From an uncultured delta proteobacterium (GTDB lineage Bacteria > Desulfobacterota > Syntrophobacteria > Syntrophobacterales > Syntrophobacteraceae): a DNA stretch of 64,000 nt. Positions 1-9,570 of the stretch are shown piece by piece (the first letter of the stretch is position 1; every line of letters starts with the position of its first letter). The DNA is taken from positions 32,687 to 96,686 of the forward strand of contig CAWEHK010000023.1 of assembly GCA_963808625.1 (NCBI GenBank), given 5' to 3'. Position numbers and translations under genes: made by a program. The notes below the pieces were generated by a model. It ran no database searches. It saw only the letters and a list, made by a program, of their open reading frames with translations, and had not been told where the DNA came from.

Positions 1-294
1 TCGGGTAAAGCACCGGCCCCGATTCGGTAGGGATGTAAACGGCACTTGGTGGCAGTGCAAGCCTCAACCTCCCGGCTTTGTTCGTTGGCGCACCAGAGGC
101 ATTTTGCTCTGATTCCTCGAAGAGGTTGCCACGATAACTGGTACCCGGACCGTTTTTTCATCTTGCTCGTGAGTTTGGATGTTCGCAAAGGCAAAGCGGT
201 GCTCTGATAGCCACGACACACCTTGCCGCCGGATCGCTACGACCATCCATCCTACCCAAAAAAGACTCTGGGGGCAAAGCCTGAGGACGAAGTG

Positions 295-903
295 ATGGAA
301 AAAGAGCTACAGGAACGCTTCTGCGACCTCGTGCAGATCGCCCTGAGAGAGGGGGCGAAAGCTGCACGAATCATCTCAGCGCGGATGGTGGTTGTTGATG
401 AACGGGTTCGTTTGAAATGTGAAGTCCCCAGGTGCGGAAAATTCAACCAGTACCTCACCTGTCCCCCCTACGTGATGGATGTGGCGGCCTTTTCCAGAGT
501 CCTCACCCACTACGAATGGTGCCTTTTGGTGCAGGTGGAGGCGGAAAACGTCGACTCAAGGGACAAATGCGCCGGCCGGATTACCGGATCGGTCCTGAAA
601 GAAAATCTAAGGCGTCATCACCCGTATCAGCTGAAGCTCCTCAATATTATCGAGATGGTGGAGGCGGCGGCATTTAAAAAAGGGATGCATTTTGCTGCGG
701 GCTTTACGGGAGGGGAGTGCATTCTTTGTGAACACTGTGTCGACAACAAACTGACCGATCCTTGCCGGCACCCGTTCCGAGCCAGGCCCGCGATGGAAGG
801 GGTTGGGATCGATGTCATCCGAACCGCAGAAAATGCCGGACTCCCCATTCATCTATCGTCATCGCAAAATGTTCTCTGGACCGGTCTCGTGCTCCTCGAA
901 TGA
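295..903 (+). CDS. DUF2284-like predicted metal-binding protein
   Basis: Cys-rich pattern C-x3-C...CPP...CxxCxxC...PCRHP.RARPAMEGVGIDV; ATG at 295 inside ORF 223..903. Confidence 0.75.
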   Translation: MEKELQERFCDLVQIALREGAKAARIISARMVVVDERVRLKCEVPRCGKFNQYLTCPPYVMDVAAFSRVLTHYEWCLLVQVEAENVDSRDKCAGRITGSVLKENLRRHHPYQLKLLNIIEMVEAAAFKKGMHFAAGFTGGECILCEHCVDNKLTDPCRHPFRARPAMEGVGIDVIRTAENAGLPIHLSSSQNVLWTGLVLLE

Positions 904-934
904 TGATTCGTTAGCCTCGAAGATTTTTACTTTC

Positions 935-1005
935 CCCGCCGAGGCGCAAAGTTCGCAGAGATGATAGAGGCTTATTCTCTGCGTTCTCTGTGCCTCTGCG
1001 GTGAG
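935..1005. repeat. Imperfect palindrome of the CGCAGAG/CTCTGCG repeat family
   Basis: ccgccgaggcgcaaagttcgcagag...ctctgcgttctctgtgcctctgcggtgag; the same family recurs at 58594-58731. Confidence 0.6.
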
Positions 1006-1034
1006 GATTTATGCCTTAAGCGAAGGACCTGGTC

Positions 1035-1721
1035 CTAAACGATCGCCCCGGTCGGCTTCTCCCAGCGCACGACGAGAAAGGCGCCGGTCTCCAACCCTCG
1101 GGCGGCGCCGTCCCTCTCGATGGCCTTCGCCGCCTCGGGATCATCCTGCTTCTGAAAGTGGACAGCCGTTCTTACCGAAGCCGGGACCGCCGCCAGGTCC
1201 GCCATCTCCGCCGGCGACCGGAAGCGGGCGTGCTCGAAGATAGCGTGCCCCTCTTTGGCCGCAGCCTTCCGCCTGGTCGCCCAGGGGCTGAGGCTGTTCA
1301 AACAGGCAACGACAACGAGCCCACCCGGCCTGGTGACCCGGAAGAGTTCGGCAATTGCACTCCGGGCATCCTCGATGAATTCGATGGCGGTGACCGAAAT
1401 GGTCTTGTCGAACGCGCGGTCGGCAAAGGGAAGCCGGCGCATGTCGCCTTGCACTGGGCAAAAAGGCCAGCCCATGGTCTTTTTGCGAGCCCGCCCCAGC
1501 ATGGGGAAAGAAAGCTCCAGTCCGACGACGCGCGCACCAGCGGCGAGGAAATCCAGGGTGAAGATGCCGGTGCCGCAGCCCACATCCAAGATGGCTTCCC
1601 ATTGGGACGGACGGGCCAGGTCGAGAAGAACTCGGCTCTCATACTCACGAACCAGCCTGCCGATGGGACTCTCAAACCACTGGTCGTATTTCTCCGGCCA
1701 CTCGTCGAAGATTGCCGCCAT
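1035..1721 (-). CDS. Class I SAM-dependent methyltransferase
   Basis: ILDVGCGTG motif I and GDMRRLPF motif; real start MAAIFDEW at 1721, as the upstream ORF extension runs through a MITE. Confidence 0.85.
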   Translation of the reverse strand: MAAIFDEWPEKYDQWFESPIGRLVREYESRVLLDLARPSQWEAILDVGCGTGIFTLDFLAAGARVVGLELSFPMLGRARKKTMGWPFCPVQGDMRRLPFADRAFDKTISVTAIEFIEDARSAIAELFRVTRPGGLVVVACLNSLSPWATRRKAAAKEGHAIFEHARFRSPAEMADLAAVPASVRTAVHFQKQDDPEAAKAIERDGAARGLETGAFLVVRWEKPTGAIV

Positions 1722-1742
1722 TCGCTGCCTTCTCCCTGCTGA

Positions 1743-1880
1743 GGGGGTATCCAAAAATAAAAGACCTTTTTTACCATGAAGAACACGAAGGACACGAAGT
1801 GATTTCTTCGTACTCTTCGTGTTCTTCGTGGTTCGAAAAAAGGCCGAATTGAGTGCAAGCTGTTTTTGGACAGTTACTAA
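1743..1880 (+). mobile_element. MITE family A copy (GGGGCGTCCAAAA...TTTTGGACAGTT ends, internal CACGAAG palindrome)
   Basis: ~135 bp element that recurs near 25651, 35329, 47916, 54401 and 59896. Confidence 0.8.
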
Positions 1881-1916
1881 GTTCAACCATCCTTTCCGGT
1901 CTCGTGAACCGCTGGC

Positions 1917-2332
1917 CTAATGACCCAACGCCAGCGCCTTGTCCGGCCTGCTTTTCTGCGCCGGGGTCCACGCGAGCAACGCCTGCACCACGGGGATGGT
2001 GGATTTCGCCTTGCGAACCTCGATGAAGTGACGGGAACCGTTATGTGCATCACTGGCCATACAAAAACCAATGTCATCGCCGTATTTGGCCTCTGCCACA
2101 AAAGATACCGTCAAAGAGCTTATCTGCTGTTTCCGGTGATGTTCCTCCCCGTAGCAATCCAATAGAAATTCAATGTACCTGGCGTTGTTCACATGAACAT
2201 GCCCTGCTTCAATATCTCTTCAATACCGACACCCAGGGCTTGGGCGTGAACCGCAGCAACATTCTGGATGTGGTTGAAGACCGAGCTTACTTTCAGCCTG
2301 CCGGCACTGTCCGTATCGTAAGCGAGAGGCAA
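1917..2332 (-). pseudogene. Acyl-ACP thioesterase remnant with a large internal deletion
   Basis: N-terminal YDTDSAGRLKVSSVFNHIQNVAAVHA..LG joined out of frame directly to C-terminal HVNNARYIEF. Confidence 0.7.
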
Positions 2333-2344
2333 TGCTCCCCTCTT

Positions 2345-3747
2345 TCAAAACGTGCTCGAACCGTCCCAGCAATGCGTGCAGAGTCTTTCCTTGGGTAGCC
2401 CGATAGCGGTCACCAGGTCCTCCAGCCGCTGGTACTTCAGGCTGGTCAGCCGAAGCCGCCGTCGAATTTCGTCGACCATGGCCCGGTTCCCTTCCGACCC
2501 GGCCCTGGCGAAGGACTCCAAATCAATGTCTTCAGGCCTTGCGAGCTCATGGATTACCTTACGTCCCACCAGGTCCAAAGTGGAACGGGAGGTCGAGAAG
2601 TTCAGGAACTCGCAGGGGTAGATCAACGTCGGGCACGCCGGTCTCATGTGCACCTCGCGGGCCCCATAATCGAACAAGATCTGGATGTTGTCCTTGAGTT
2701 GCGTACCGCGCACGATGGAGTCTTCGCAAAACAGCAGGCGCTTGCCTTCGATCAGCCGGCGGATGGGAATCAGCTTCATTTTTGCCACCAAGTCCCGCAA
2801 TTGCTGGTTTTGCGGCATGAAGCTGCGCGGCCAGGTGGGCGTGTACTTCACGAAGGGACGGCGGTAGGGAAGTCTCCTCTCGTTGGCATAACCGATCGCA
2901 TGCCCGATCCCGGAATCGGGGATACCGGCCACGTAGTCGACCGCGGCGTCGTCATTGCGGGCCAGGGCTGCGCCGCAAGCGTTGCGGACAAACTCCACGT
3001 TGATCCCTTCGTAATCCGATGCAGGGTAGCCGTAGTACACCCAGAGAAAAGCACAGATCTGCATCAAGGGGCCCGGTGCTTGGCGCTGCTCGAAGCCGTC
3101 GGCAGTCAGCAAAAGGATTTCGCCTGGACCCGGAAAGCGCTCGGTTTCAAAGCCCAGATTGGGGAAAGCACAGGACTCGGAACTCACCGCCAGCGCCCCG
3201 GCACGGCGGCCGACCACCAGGGGGGTCCGCCCCAGCCGGTCCCGGGCAGCATAGATACCGCGCTCGGTGAGCAGGAGCAACGAGCACGACCCCTGGATGG
3301 CTGCCTGCGCGGAACGGATGCCGTCCTCGAAATTCTCTTCGGCACAGATCAGCTTGGCTACCATTTCAGTGGGATTGACCGCGCCGCCGGTCGTGCTGAA
3401 AAAGCTGCGTCGCCGGCCAAAAGCTCGTCGCACGAGGTCTTCCAGGTTGTTGATCTTGCCTACGGTGGCGATGCCAAAGGTGCCCAGATGAGAGCCGACA
3501 ATCAGTGGCTGCGGATCGGTGTCGCTGATCACCCCGATGCCGCTGTTTCCTTGAAAGCGTGCCAGCTCGGATTCGAATTTGGCCCGGAAGTACCGGTTCT
3601 CGATGTTGTGGATGGCATGCCGGAAACCATGGGGGCCGAAGACCGCCATGCCGGCGCGTCGGGTGCCGAGGTGGGAGTGATAGTCGGTTCCGTAAAATAC
3701 CTCCGAAACGCAGTCTTCTTTTGACACAAACCAAACAATCCGCCCAT
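2345..3747 (-). CDS. purF: Amidophosphoribosyltransferase, MGG-start subfamily; 1-nt frameshift near 3730
   Basis: YGTDYHSHLG, IPDSG, PRPP motif EDSIVRGT, C-terminal LCTHCWDG; start MGGLFG at 3747 is in another frame. Confidence 0.9.
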
Positions 3748-3989
3748 GCCGCCTGTCTCTCCCTTATCGGTCCTGGATGGTTCTTTTGCTCTCCTGAATA
3801 TGACGCACCCTCAGTCCGGTCTCTCGGCATCTCCTCCCAAGGCTGCGTCAGTCGCGCACGCCGGTCAGGGGGGGATGATAGCACCGAGGAGGGGATCGTG
3901 TCCAGGTTCTGCATCCTTATCCTCCCTGTGATCTTTGATCTTCCCAATGAGGCCCCAGTCTATTACCCTTGTGGAGCGCCTTGATATAA

Positions 3990-4047
3990 AAAGGCCCGGG
4001 AAATGAAAATTTAAACCACCAAAGGAGGGCGGGTTTTCCAACCCGCG
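3990..4047 (+). repeat. REP-like GGGCGGGTTTTCCAACCCGC repeat
   Basis: The same unit with a similar upstream flank occurs at 8748-8812 and inverted at 40261-40285. Confidence 0.6.
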
Positions 4048-4048
4048 T

Positions 4049-4207
4049 TAAGGACAGCGCCGCAGAATAGAGTGTCCCTTACCCCCGGTCGTCATTCCCG
4101 CATGCCTTTAGCGGGAACCCAGAGAATTTGCCAGCCTGGATTCCCGCCAGAAACACGCGGGTTGACCGGCTCGAATTCGGATACTTTTTTATGCGGAGGT
4201 GTTCTAA
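4049..4207 (+). mobile_element. MITE family B copy (GTACAGCGCCGCA-type ends, GTCATTCCCGC REP cargo)
   Basis: Similar to copies at 28347, 35181, 37043; TAA at both flanks. Confidence 0.7.
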
Positions 4208-4480
4208 GAGGCTGTCTGGAAATTCCCCCTAGAGCTGGTTCCCAAGCTCTGGCCTTGGGACCCACCTCCTTGGAAGCATCAGCTTCGTTGGAGTTGTGGA
4301 TACCATATGATACTCAAGACGCACGGGAAGCTGGAGCTTCCGTGCCTGCGTTCCCAAGCTGGAGCTTGGGAACGAGCGAACGAGCGAACGAGCGAGCGAG
4401 CTCCCCTTTTTTTAAAGGTGGGTCGGAGGGATTCTTCCTTCGAGTTTTGCGCAAAATTTGAATTTTCAGACAGCCTCTAA
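4205..4480 (+). mobile_element. MITE family C (GAGGCTGTCTG..AAA/TTTTCAGACAGCCTC TIRs)
   Basis: Terminal inverted repeats flanked by TAA; internal TTCCCAAGCT..AGCTTGGGAAC palindromes and (GAACGAGC)n. Confidence 0.7.
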
Positions 4481-4521
4481 GGATATAGAACATCGAGACG
4501 ATACCTCGGAAGGGCCAGGAA

Positions 4522-5272
4522 ATGAAGCTTTCAATGCCTATCTTGCCAAAGATTGTTCTCATTGTATTTATTTGTGAAGGACTGCTGGCCTATCCGCTTC
4601 CGGCAGACAATCAAAGCGAAGCGGTCTTGACCTTATTAACTCAGATGGAATCAAGCTACGCCCGGGTTGAAGACTATGCCGCCGCTTTCCACAAGCAGGA
4701 GAGGGTCGAAGGGAAACTCTTTCCCTGAGCAGACAATCCTCCTCAAGTTCCAAAAGCCCCTCAAGGTCTACATGAAATGGATCAAAGATCCGCACCGGGA
4801 TCGAGAAGTTCTTTATGTGCAAGGAAAAGATGACAACAAAGTGGTCGCGCACGAGGGCGGCATTTTGGGGTTCGTGACGCTCTCATTGGACCCGCGAGGT
4901 TCGATCGCCATGAAGGACAGCAGACATCCGATTACCGATGTCGGTTTCGATCATTTGCTCAAGATGCTGCGCAAAGACATTCAAATCGCAGTGGAACATG
5001 ACGAACTCGAAATCATTCGGACCGGTGAGGAGCCCTTTCACAACCGGCCCAGCATCGTTGTTGAGGCCAGATCGATCCCTCGTGGGGGACGGAAGTACTA
5101 CGCCTCACGCATGGTCCTGCACGTGGACAAGGAACTCACTGCTGCCCGTCGGTGCCGCCTTCTACGACGCCGGGACGAGCTCTTCGAAAAGTATGCCTAC
5201 ACGGACGTAAGACTCAACGTCGGGTTCACCCCCAATGATTTTGATCGAGACAACCCCGCGTACCGTTTTTGA
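4522..5272 (+). CDS. DUF1571-like / LolA-fold exported protein (frameshifted near 4724 and ~5140-5170)
   Basis: Signal peptide, DY.A.FHKQERV, KFQKPLKVYMKW, SRHPITDVGF, terminal DFDRDNPAYRF. Confidence 0.7.
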
Positions 5273-5551
5273 GCGAAGGGCAGCGGCCCGTCTGATGCAT
5301 TTGACCGTTATCCCATGGCCATGGTCTTCCCACCCTCGACCGTTGTCCCAAACTAATCTGAGCTTGATGCATACGGGAAAGCCCGCCTCTGCTCCTTGCC
5401 GTGCCCAAGACCTCGCCAAGATTCGGTCTAATCGGCCTAAAAAGAACGTTCATTTTTTCCCATCTTGTTTTATCCTTTGTCTCCCCATGGGGCAGGAAAA
5501 CGTCGCTCGAGAATCTCGGGTCTTTTGGATATCGGGGTAGAAGGAGAACGT

Positions 5552-6520
5552 ATGCAGGTGTCAAAAGAAAAGAAGGTTGAAATGCTTCGCTCGATGCTCC
5601 TCACGCGTCGCTTTGAGGACACGCTGGTGGAACTCTGTAAGGTTCAGGGGAAGGTCCCCGGCATGATGATCCTGTGCACCGGCCAGGAGGCCGTAGGATC
5701 CGGAGTGGGCGCCGCCCTGGGTCCGGAGGACGTGATCATTTCCAATCATCGCGGTCACAGTCATCTCCTCGCCAAAGGAGCCGATCCCGGAGCGCTCATG
5801 GCGGAGATCTACGGCAAGCGGACCGGGTGCAACAAGGGCAAAAGCGGCACCCTGCACCTGGCCGTTCCCGAGGTCAATGCGCTCTGCACCACGACCGTGG
5901 TTGGGGGAAGCCTTCCCATCGCGGTGGGAGTTGCCTTCGCGCAAAAGTATCAAAAGGAAGCCAAAGTCACCATCTGCTTTTTCGGCGATGGCGCCGCCGA
6001 TGAGGGCTCATTCCACGAGGCCTTGAATCTGGCCAGCCTGTGGACGCTCCCCGTCGTTTTCGTCTGTGAAAACAACGTGTACGCCGGCGCCCAGCGCTAC
6101 GAGGAACACACGAGAGTGAAAAACATTGCCGACCGGGCGGCAGGCTATGCGATGCCCGGCGAGGTGGTAGACGGCAATGACGCCGTGGCGGTTTATCAGG
6201 CTGCCCACAGGGCCCGGGAGCGCGCCCTTGCGGGACATGGTCCAACCCTCATCGAGTGCAAGACTTACCGCTGCCGAGGGCATGGCGAAGCTGACCACCA
6301 GCACTACCAGCCCAAGGATGAAATTGCGGCGTGGCAGGAAAAGTGCCCGCTGCCGCGGCTGAGCGGCGAGATGCTGGCCGAGGGACTGATCACCGGGGAG
6401 GAACTGCGAGAGATGGAGACGATGGTTGCCGCCATAGTGGAGGAGGCGGTGCGGTTTGCCGAAGAGAGCCCCTATCCCGAGGTGGAAGAAGCACTCGAGG
6501 ATGTGTTGGTCTCGTCATAA
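5552..6520 (+). CDS. TPP-dependent 2-oxoacid/acetoin dehydrogenase E1 alpha subunit
   Basis: GQEA, HRGH, TPP motif GDGA..EG...ENN, TYR.RGHG; RBS AGGAG. Confidence 0.9.
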   Translation: MQVSKEKKVEMLRSMLLTRRFEDTLVELCKVQGKVPGMMILCTGQEAVGSGVGAALGPEDVIISNHRGHSHLLAKGADPGALMAEIYGKRTGCNKGKSGTLHLAVPEVNALCTTTVVGGSLPIAVGVAFAQKYQKEAKVTICFFGDGAADEGSFHEALNLASLWTLPVVFVCENNVYAGAQRYEEHTRVKNIADRAAGYAMPGEVVDGNDAVAVYQAAHRARERALAGHGPTLIECKTYRCRGHGEADHQHYQPKDEIAAWQEKCPLPRLSGEMLAEGLITGEELREMETMVAAIVEEAVRFAEESPYPEVEEALEDVLVSS

Positions 6521-6561
6521 CCGTTCTGAGTCCGATTTTACCTTGCGGAAAGGACCTAGAC

Positions 6562-7539
6562 ATGCAGCAATTAGGAATGGGACAGGCCGTTAAACAGGCT
6601 CTGCAGGAAGAGATGAGCGAGGACCCCAAGGTGTTCATTGCCGGTGAAGGAGTAGGGGTGAGCATCCACGATAATCCCATGCTTCCCACCGCCGGGTTGC
6701 TGAAGGAATTTGGGCGCGAGCGGGTGCTGGACACCCCGGTCTCGGAGGCTGCCATCGCGGGATTGGCGGTTGGTGCTGCCGTCTCGGGACTCCGGCCGGT
6801 CGTCGAGATCATGTTCAATCCCTTCTTTACCCTGGCCTCGGATATGATCGTCAATCATGCGGCCAAGCTGCGCTATCTCTCCGGCGGGAAATCCACCTTT
6901 CCCATGGTGGTCCGCATCAAGACCGGAGCAGGTTTTGGCGCCGGCTGCCAGCACTCGCACAACCTGGAAGCATGGGTGGCCCATTGCCCCGGGCTCAAGG
7001 TCGTCATGCCCGCCACCCCCGCTGACGCCAAAGGGCTTTTGAAATCTGCCATTCGTGACGATAATCCCGTCATCTTCATCGAAGACATGATGCTCTACTT
7101 CGTTCCCGGTCCCGTTCCCGAAGAACCTTACCTGACCCCAATCGGGAAGGCGGAGATCAAGCGTGAGGGGACGCATGTGACAGTGGTGACATGGTCCAAG
7201 ATGCTGGGGGTTGCCCTGTGCGCGGCGGAACGGTTGAGTGCGGAGGGGATCGAGCTGGAAGTGCTGGATCTCCGCACCCTCGTGCCGCTTGACCGGGACA
7301 CGCTGCTCGCCTCGGTTGCGAAAACCGGTCGCCTGATCGTCCTCCATGAAGCCACGCGAACCGGTGGGTTCGCCGGAGAAATCTGCGCCGTGGTGACCGA
7401 AGAAGCCTTTTCGTCCCTCAAGGCGCCATTCAGGCGCGTTACCGGCCCGGATATCCCCGTGCCCGTCAGCCCTCCCCTCGAGCGCTTCTACATCCCGAGT
7501 GAAGACGGCCTGATCCGTGCCGTTAGAGAAATCCTCTAA
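6562..7539 (+). CDS. 2-oxoacid/acetoin dehydrogenase E1 beta subunit
   Basis: DTPVSEAAIAG, RPVVEIMF, QHS, DLRTLVPLD. Confidence 0.9.
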   Translation: MQQLGMGQAVKQALQEEMSEDPKVFIAGEGVGVSIHDNPMLPTAGLLKEFGRERVLDTPVSEAAIAGLAVGAAVSGLRPVVEIMFNPFFTLASDMIVNHAAKLRYLSGGKSTFPMVVRIKTGAGFGAGCQHSHNLEAWVAHCPGLKVVMPATPADAKGLLKSAIRDDNPVIFIEDMMLYFVPGPVPEEPYLTPIGKAEIKREGTHVTVVTWSKMLGVALCAAERLSAEGIELEVLDLRTLVPLDRDTLLASVAKTGRLIVLHEATRTGGFAGEICAVVTEEAFSSLKAPFRRVTGPDIPVPVSPPLERFYIPSEDGLIRAVREIL

Positions 7540-7561
7540 GAGCGAAAGAGGAAATACGATA

Positions 7562-8620
7562 ATGGGGGAGAAGATCCGGTTCGAAAAGCATTTTCAGCAG
7601 TCGTCCTTCCACAATCCCATGCTGGGCGGCAAGCTGGACATCCAGGAGCTGGAAATTCGAAGGGACCCTCTTACGGGGCGGCAGAGCGTCTTCAACGCGA
7701 ATCTGGGAGACAAGGTGGCCCTTTTCTTCGCTCCTTCCGACCCGGTTCTCATCGAACGACTCGCCCGCGAGAGTGAAGCCAGGTGCTTTCTTTGCGGGGA
7801 CCAGTGGAAACAGGCAACTCCGCTCTATCCGGAAAACATCGTGCCCGGGGGACGGGTAGAAGTGGGCGATGCCGTGCTTTTTCCCAATCTGTTCCCGGTC
7901 TCGCAGGTGCATGCGGTCATTCGGGTTGGCTCGAGCCACTATCTTCCGCTTCCGGATTTATCGTCTTCCCTCATCGGAGAGGCTTTTCAGGCGTCGAGGG
8001 CCTTTATCGAACTCCTCTTCCAGGCCGATGAAGCGGTCCGCTACCTGACTCTCAACGGCAACTATCTCGGGCCCGCCGGCGCCAGCATCCACCACCCTCA
8101 CTTCCAGGTGCTCGGGGGCGACCTCCCCTGGACCCATCTCGAAGAACTGCTCGCCCGCAGTGCGGACTATCGCAAGGAACACGGCACCTGCTACTGGACG
8201 CACCTGGTGGAGAAGGAACAGGAGCTCGGCGCTCGTTTCATCGCCAGGACCGGGGGCGTCAGCTGGATCACCAGCTTCTCTCCTCAGGGAACCAACGAGG
8301 TTTTGGGCATCCTCACCGAAAAAAGAGATATCCTGGAAATGGAGGAGCAGGATTTCGCGGACCTCGCCGAGGGCTTCGCCGCGGTCCTTCGTGGATACGC
8401 TGCCCTGGGAATCTCGACCTTCAATTTCACCCTCTACTCCGGCCCCCTCGGCGCCTCCGATGACGCGTTCCGCTGTTTTCTGCGCGTCATCTCGCGCCAG
8501 AACGTATACGAAAACTACCGCACGGACGACTACTTCCTGCAAAAGTTGCTGCGGAACGAGCTCATGCTGAGCACTCCCGAAAGTCTGGCTTCAGCTTTAC
8601 GACATGCCTTTCGGACATGA
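7562..8620 (+). CDS. GalT-like HIT-superfamily nucleotidyltransferase
   Basis: EIRRDPLTG, CxxC, FPNLFP, catalytic SIHHPHFQ (HxHxQ). Confidence 0.75.
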   Translation: MGEKIRFEKHFQQSSFHNPMLGGKLDIQELEIRRDPLTGRQSVFNANLGDKVALFFAPSDPVLIERLARESEARCFLCGDQWKQATPLYPENIVPGGRVEVGDAVLFPNLFPVSQVHAVIRVGSSHYLPLPDLSSSLIGEAFQASRAFIELLFQADEAVRYLTLNGNYLGPAGASIHHPHFQVLGGDLPWTHLEELLARSADYRKEHGTCYWTHLVEKEQELGARFIARTGGVSWITSFSPQGTNEVLGILTEKRDILEMEEQDFADLAEGFAAVLRGYAALGISTFNFTLYSGPLGASDDAFRCFLRVISRQNVYENYRTDDYFLQKLLRNELMLSTPESLASALRHAFRT

Positions 8621-8859
8621 AGATAAGAGAAAGCAGTGGACGGGAACGGCCCAGTGGGCCAGGGCGACAGAACTGGTCCGAATCCGTCAGCCTGTGCCGT
8701 GTCTTGAGAACCGGCAAGCCTGGTGAACGATTACGCTCGAGATACAAGAAGGGCCGGGGTAATGAAATCGGTAACGACCAAAGGAGAAAGGAGAGCGGGT
8801 TTTCCAACCCGCCCTGGATGCCTCGATGATATCTGAGAAGGGCTGCCAGGGCCGAGGAA

Positions 8860-9360
8860 ATGAAGTACTCCAGCGCTATCTTGTGTCAGGCCAATTTCGA
8901 ACCCCCCAGTCAAGGTGTCCTGACCCTTGTCCCCTGCAAGCAGGATTTGCGTCAGGATCGCTCGCCGACCTGTACCAAAGCGAAATTCGACATCTGGAAT
9001 TCGAACGAAACCAAATTCACCGGGGCCTATCAGTGTATTAAGTGCTGGTATGAAGGTGTCCTCGATGGTATCAAGGCCCCGTCAGGATTTGGTGGAGAAA
9101 AGTTCACCTTCCACTCACTCCATACTTATGCCGCTCGCTTCCGCGTGCAGGGCATCGCGAGCTCAGTGTGCCAAGGGCAGCCCACAGCGGCTTGTACGAC
9201 TAGTCAGGCTGCGCCTCTGATTGGCCTGTTCGCGTACGCCCTTGGTGGAACTGATGGAACCTCATGGGGCGGATACATGCCTGCCGGCGGCGGTATTGAT
9301 ACTTCCGGGTTCGTTTACTGGGATAAGGGAGATGGACCTCAGGAAAGCCCGAAACGTTAG
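8860..9360 (+). pseudogene. C-terminal half of an unknown Cys-rich protein, paralog of 15125..16213
   Basis: Shared motifs LTL..C...LR, C.KAKF.IWN..E.KF.GAYQC...WYEG.LD, AARF.V.G, DTSG; lacks the signal peptide and N-terminal half. Confidence 0.7.
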
Positions 9361-9386
9361 ACTGAATTTCCTTTCAAGAATTTAAG

Positions 9387-9428
9387 GCATGGGGAATGAA
9401 GGCAGCTTCGTTCCCCATTTGCTTTTTC
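9387..9428 (+). terminator. Probable intrinsic terminator
   Basis: atggggaatgaag-gcag-cttcgttccccat hairpin followed by a T-rich tract, between convergent genes. Confidence 0.55.
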
Positions 9429-9570
9429 TCACTGGTCCTACGAACCCTGACGGTACCCGATGGTCGGCTTGTTACCACGTCGATCGGCCCCCAAGTGACC
9501 ATCTCTGAAACCTCTTACTATGAGCATTTCCGGAGGGCCAAAATACGCTCAGGGATTCAATGTATTCGTT

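Noticed and set aside
1..220. Possible structured RNA at the window start
   Set aside because: No riboswitch or ncRNA consensus that I can match, and the upstream context is missing.
1743..1880. CACGAAG repeats and heptamer tracts as a CRISPR array
   Set aside because: No constant repeat with unique spacers and no cas genes; these are dispersed palindromic or tandem repeats.
4720..4730. In-frame TGA here and at 33451-33453 as possible selenocysteine
   Set aside because: Homology continues in a different frame, not through the TGA; each is explained by a 1-nt indel.
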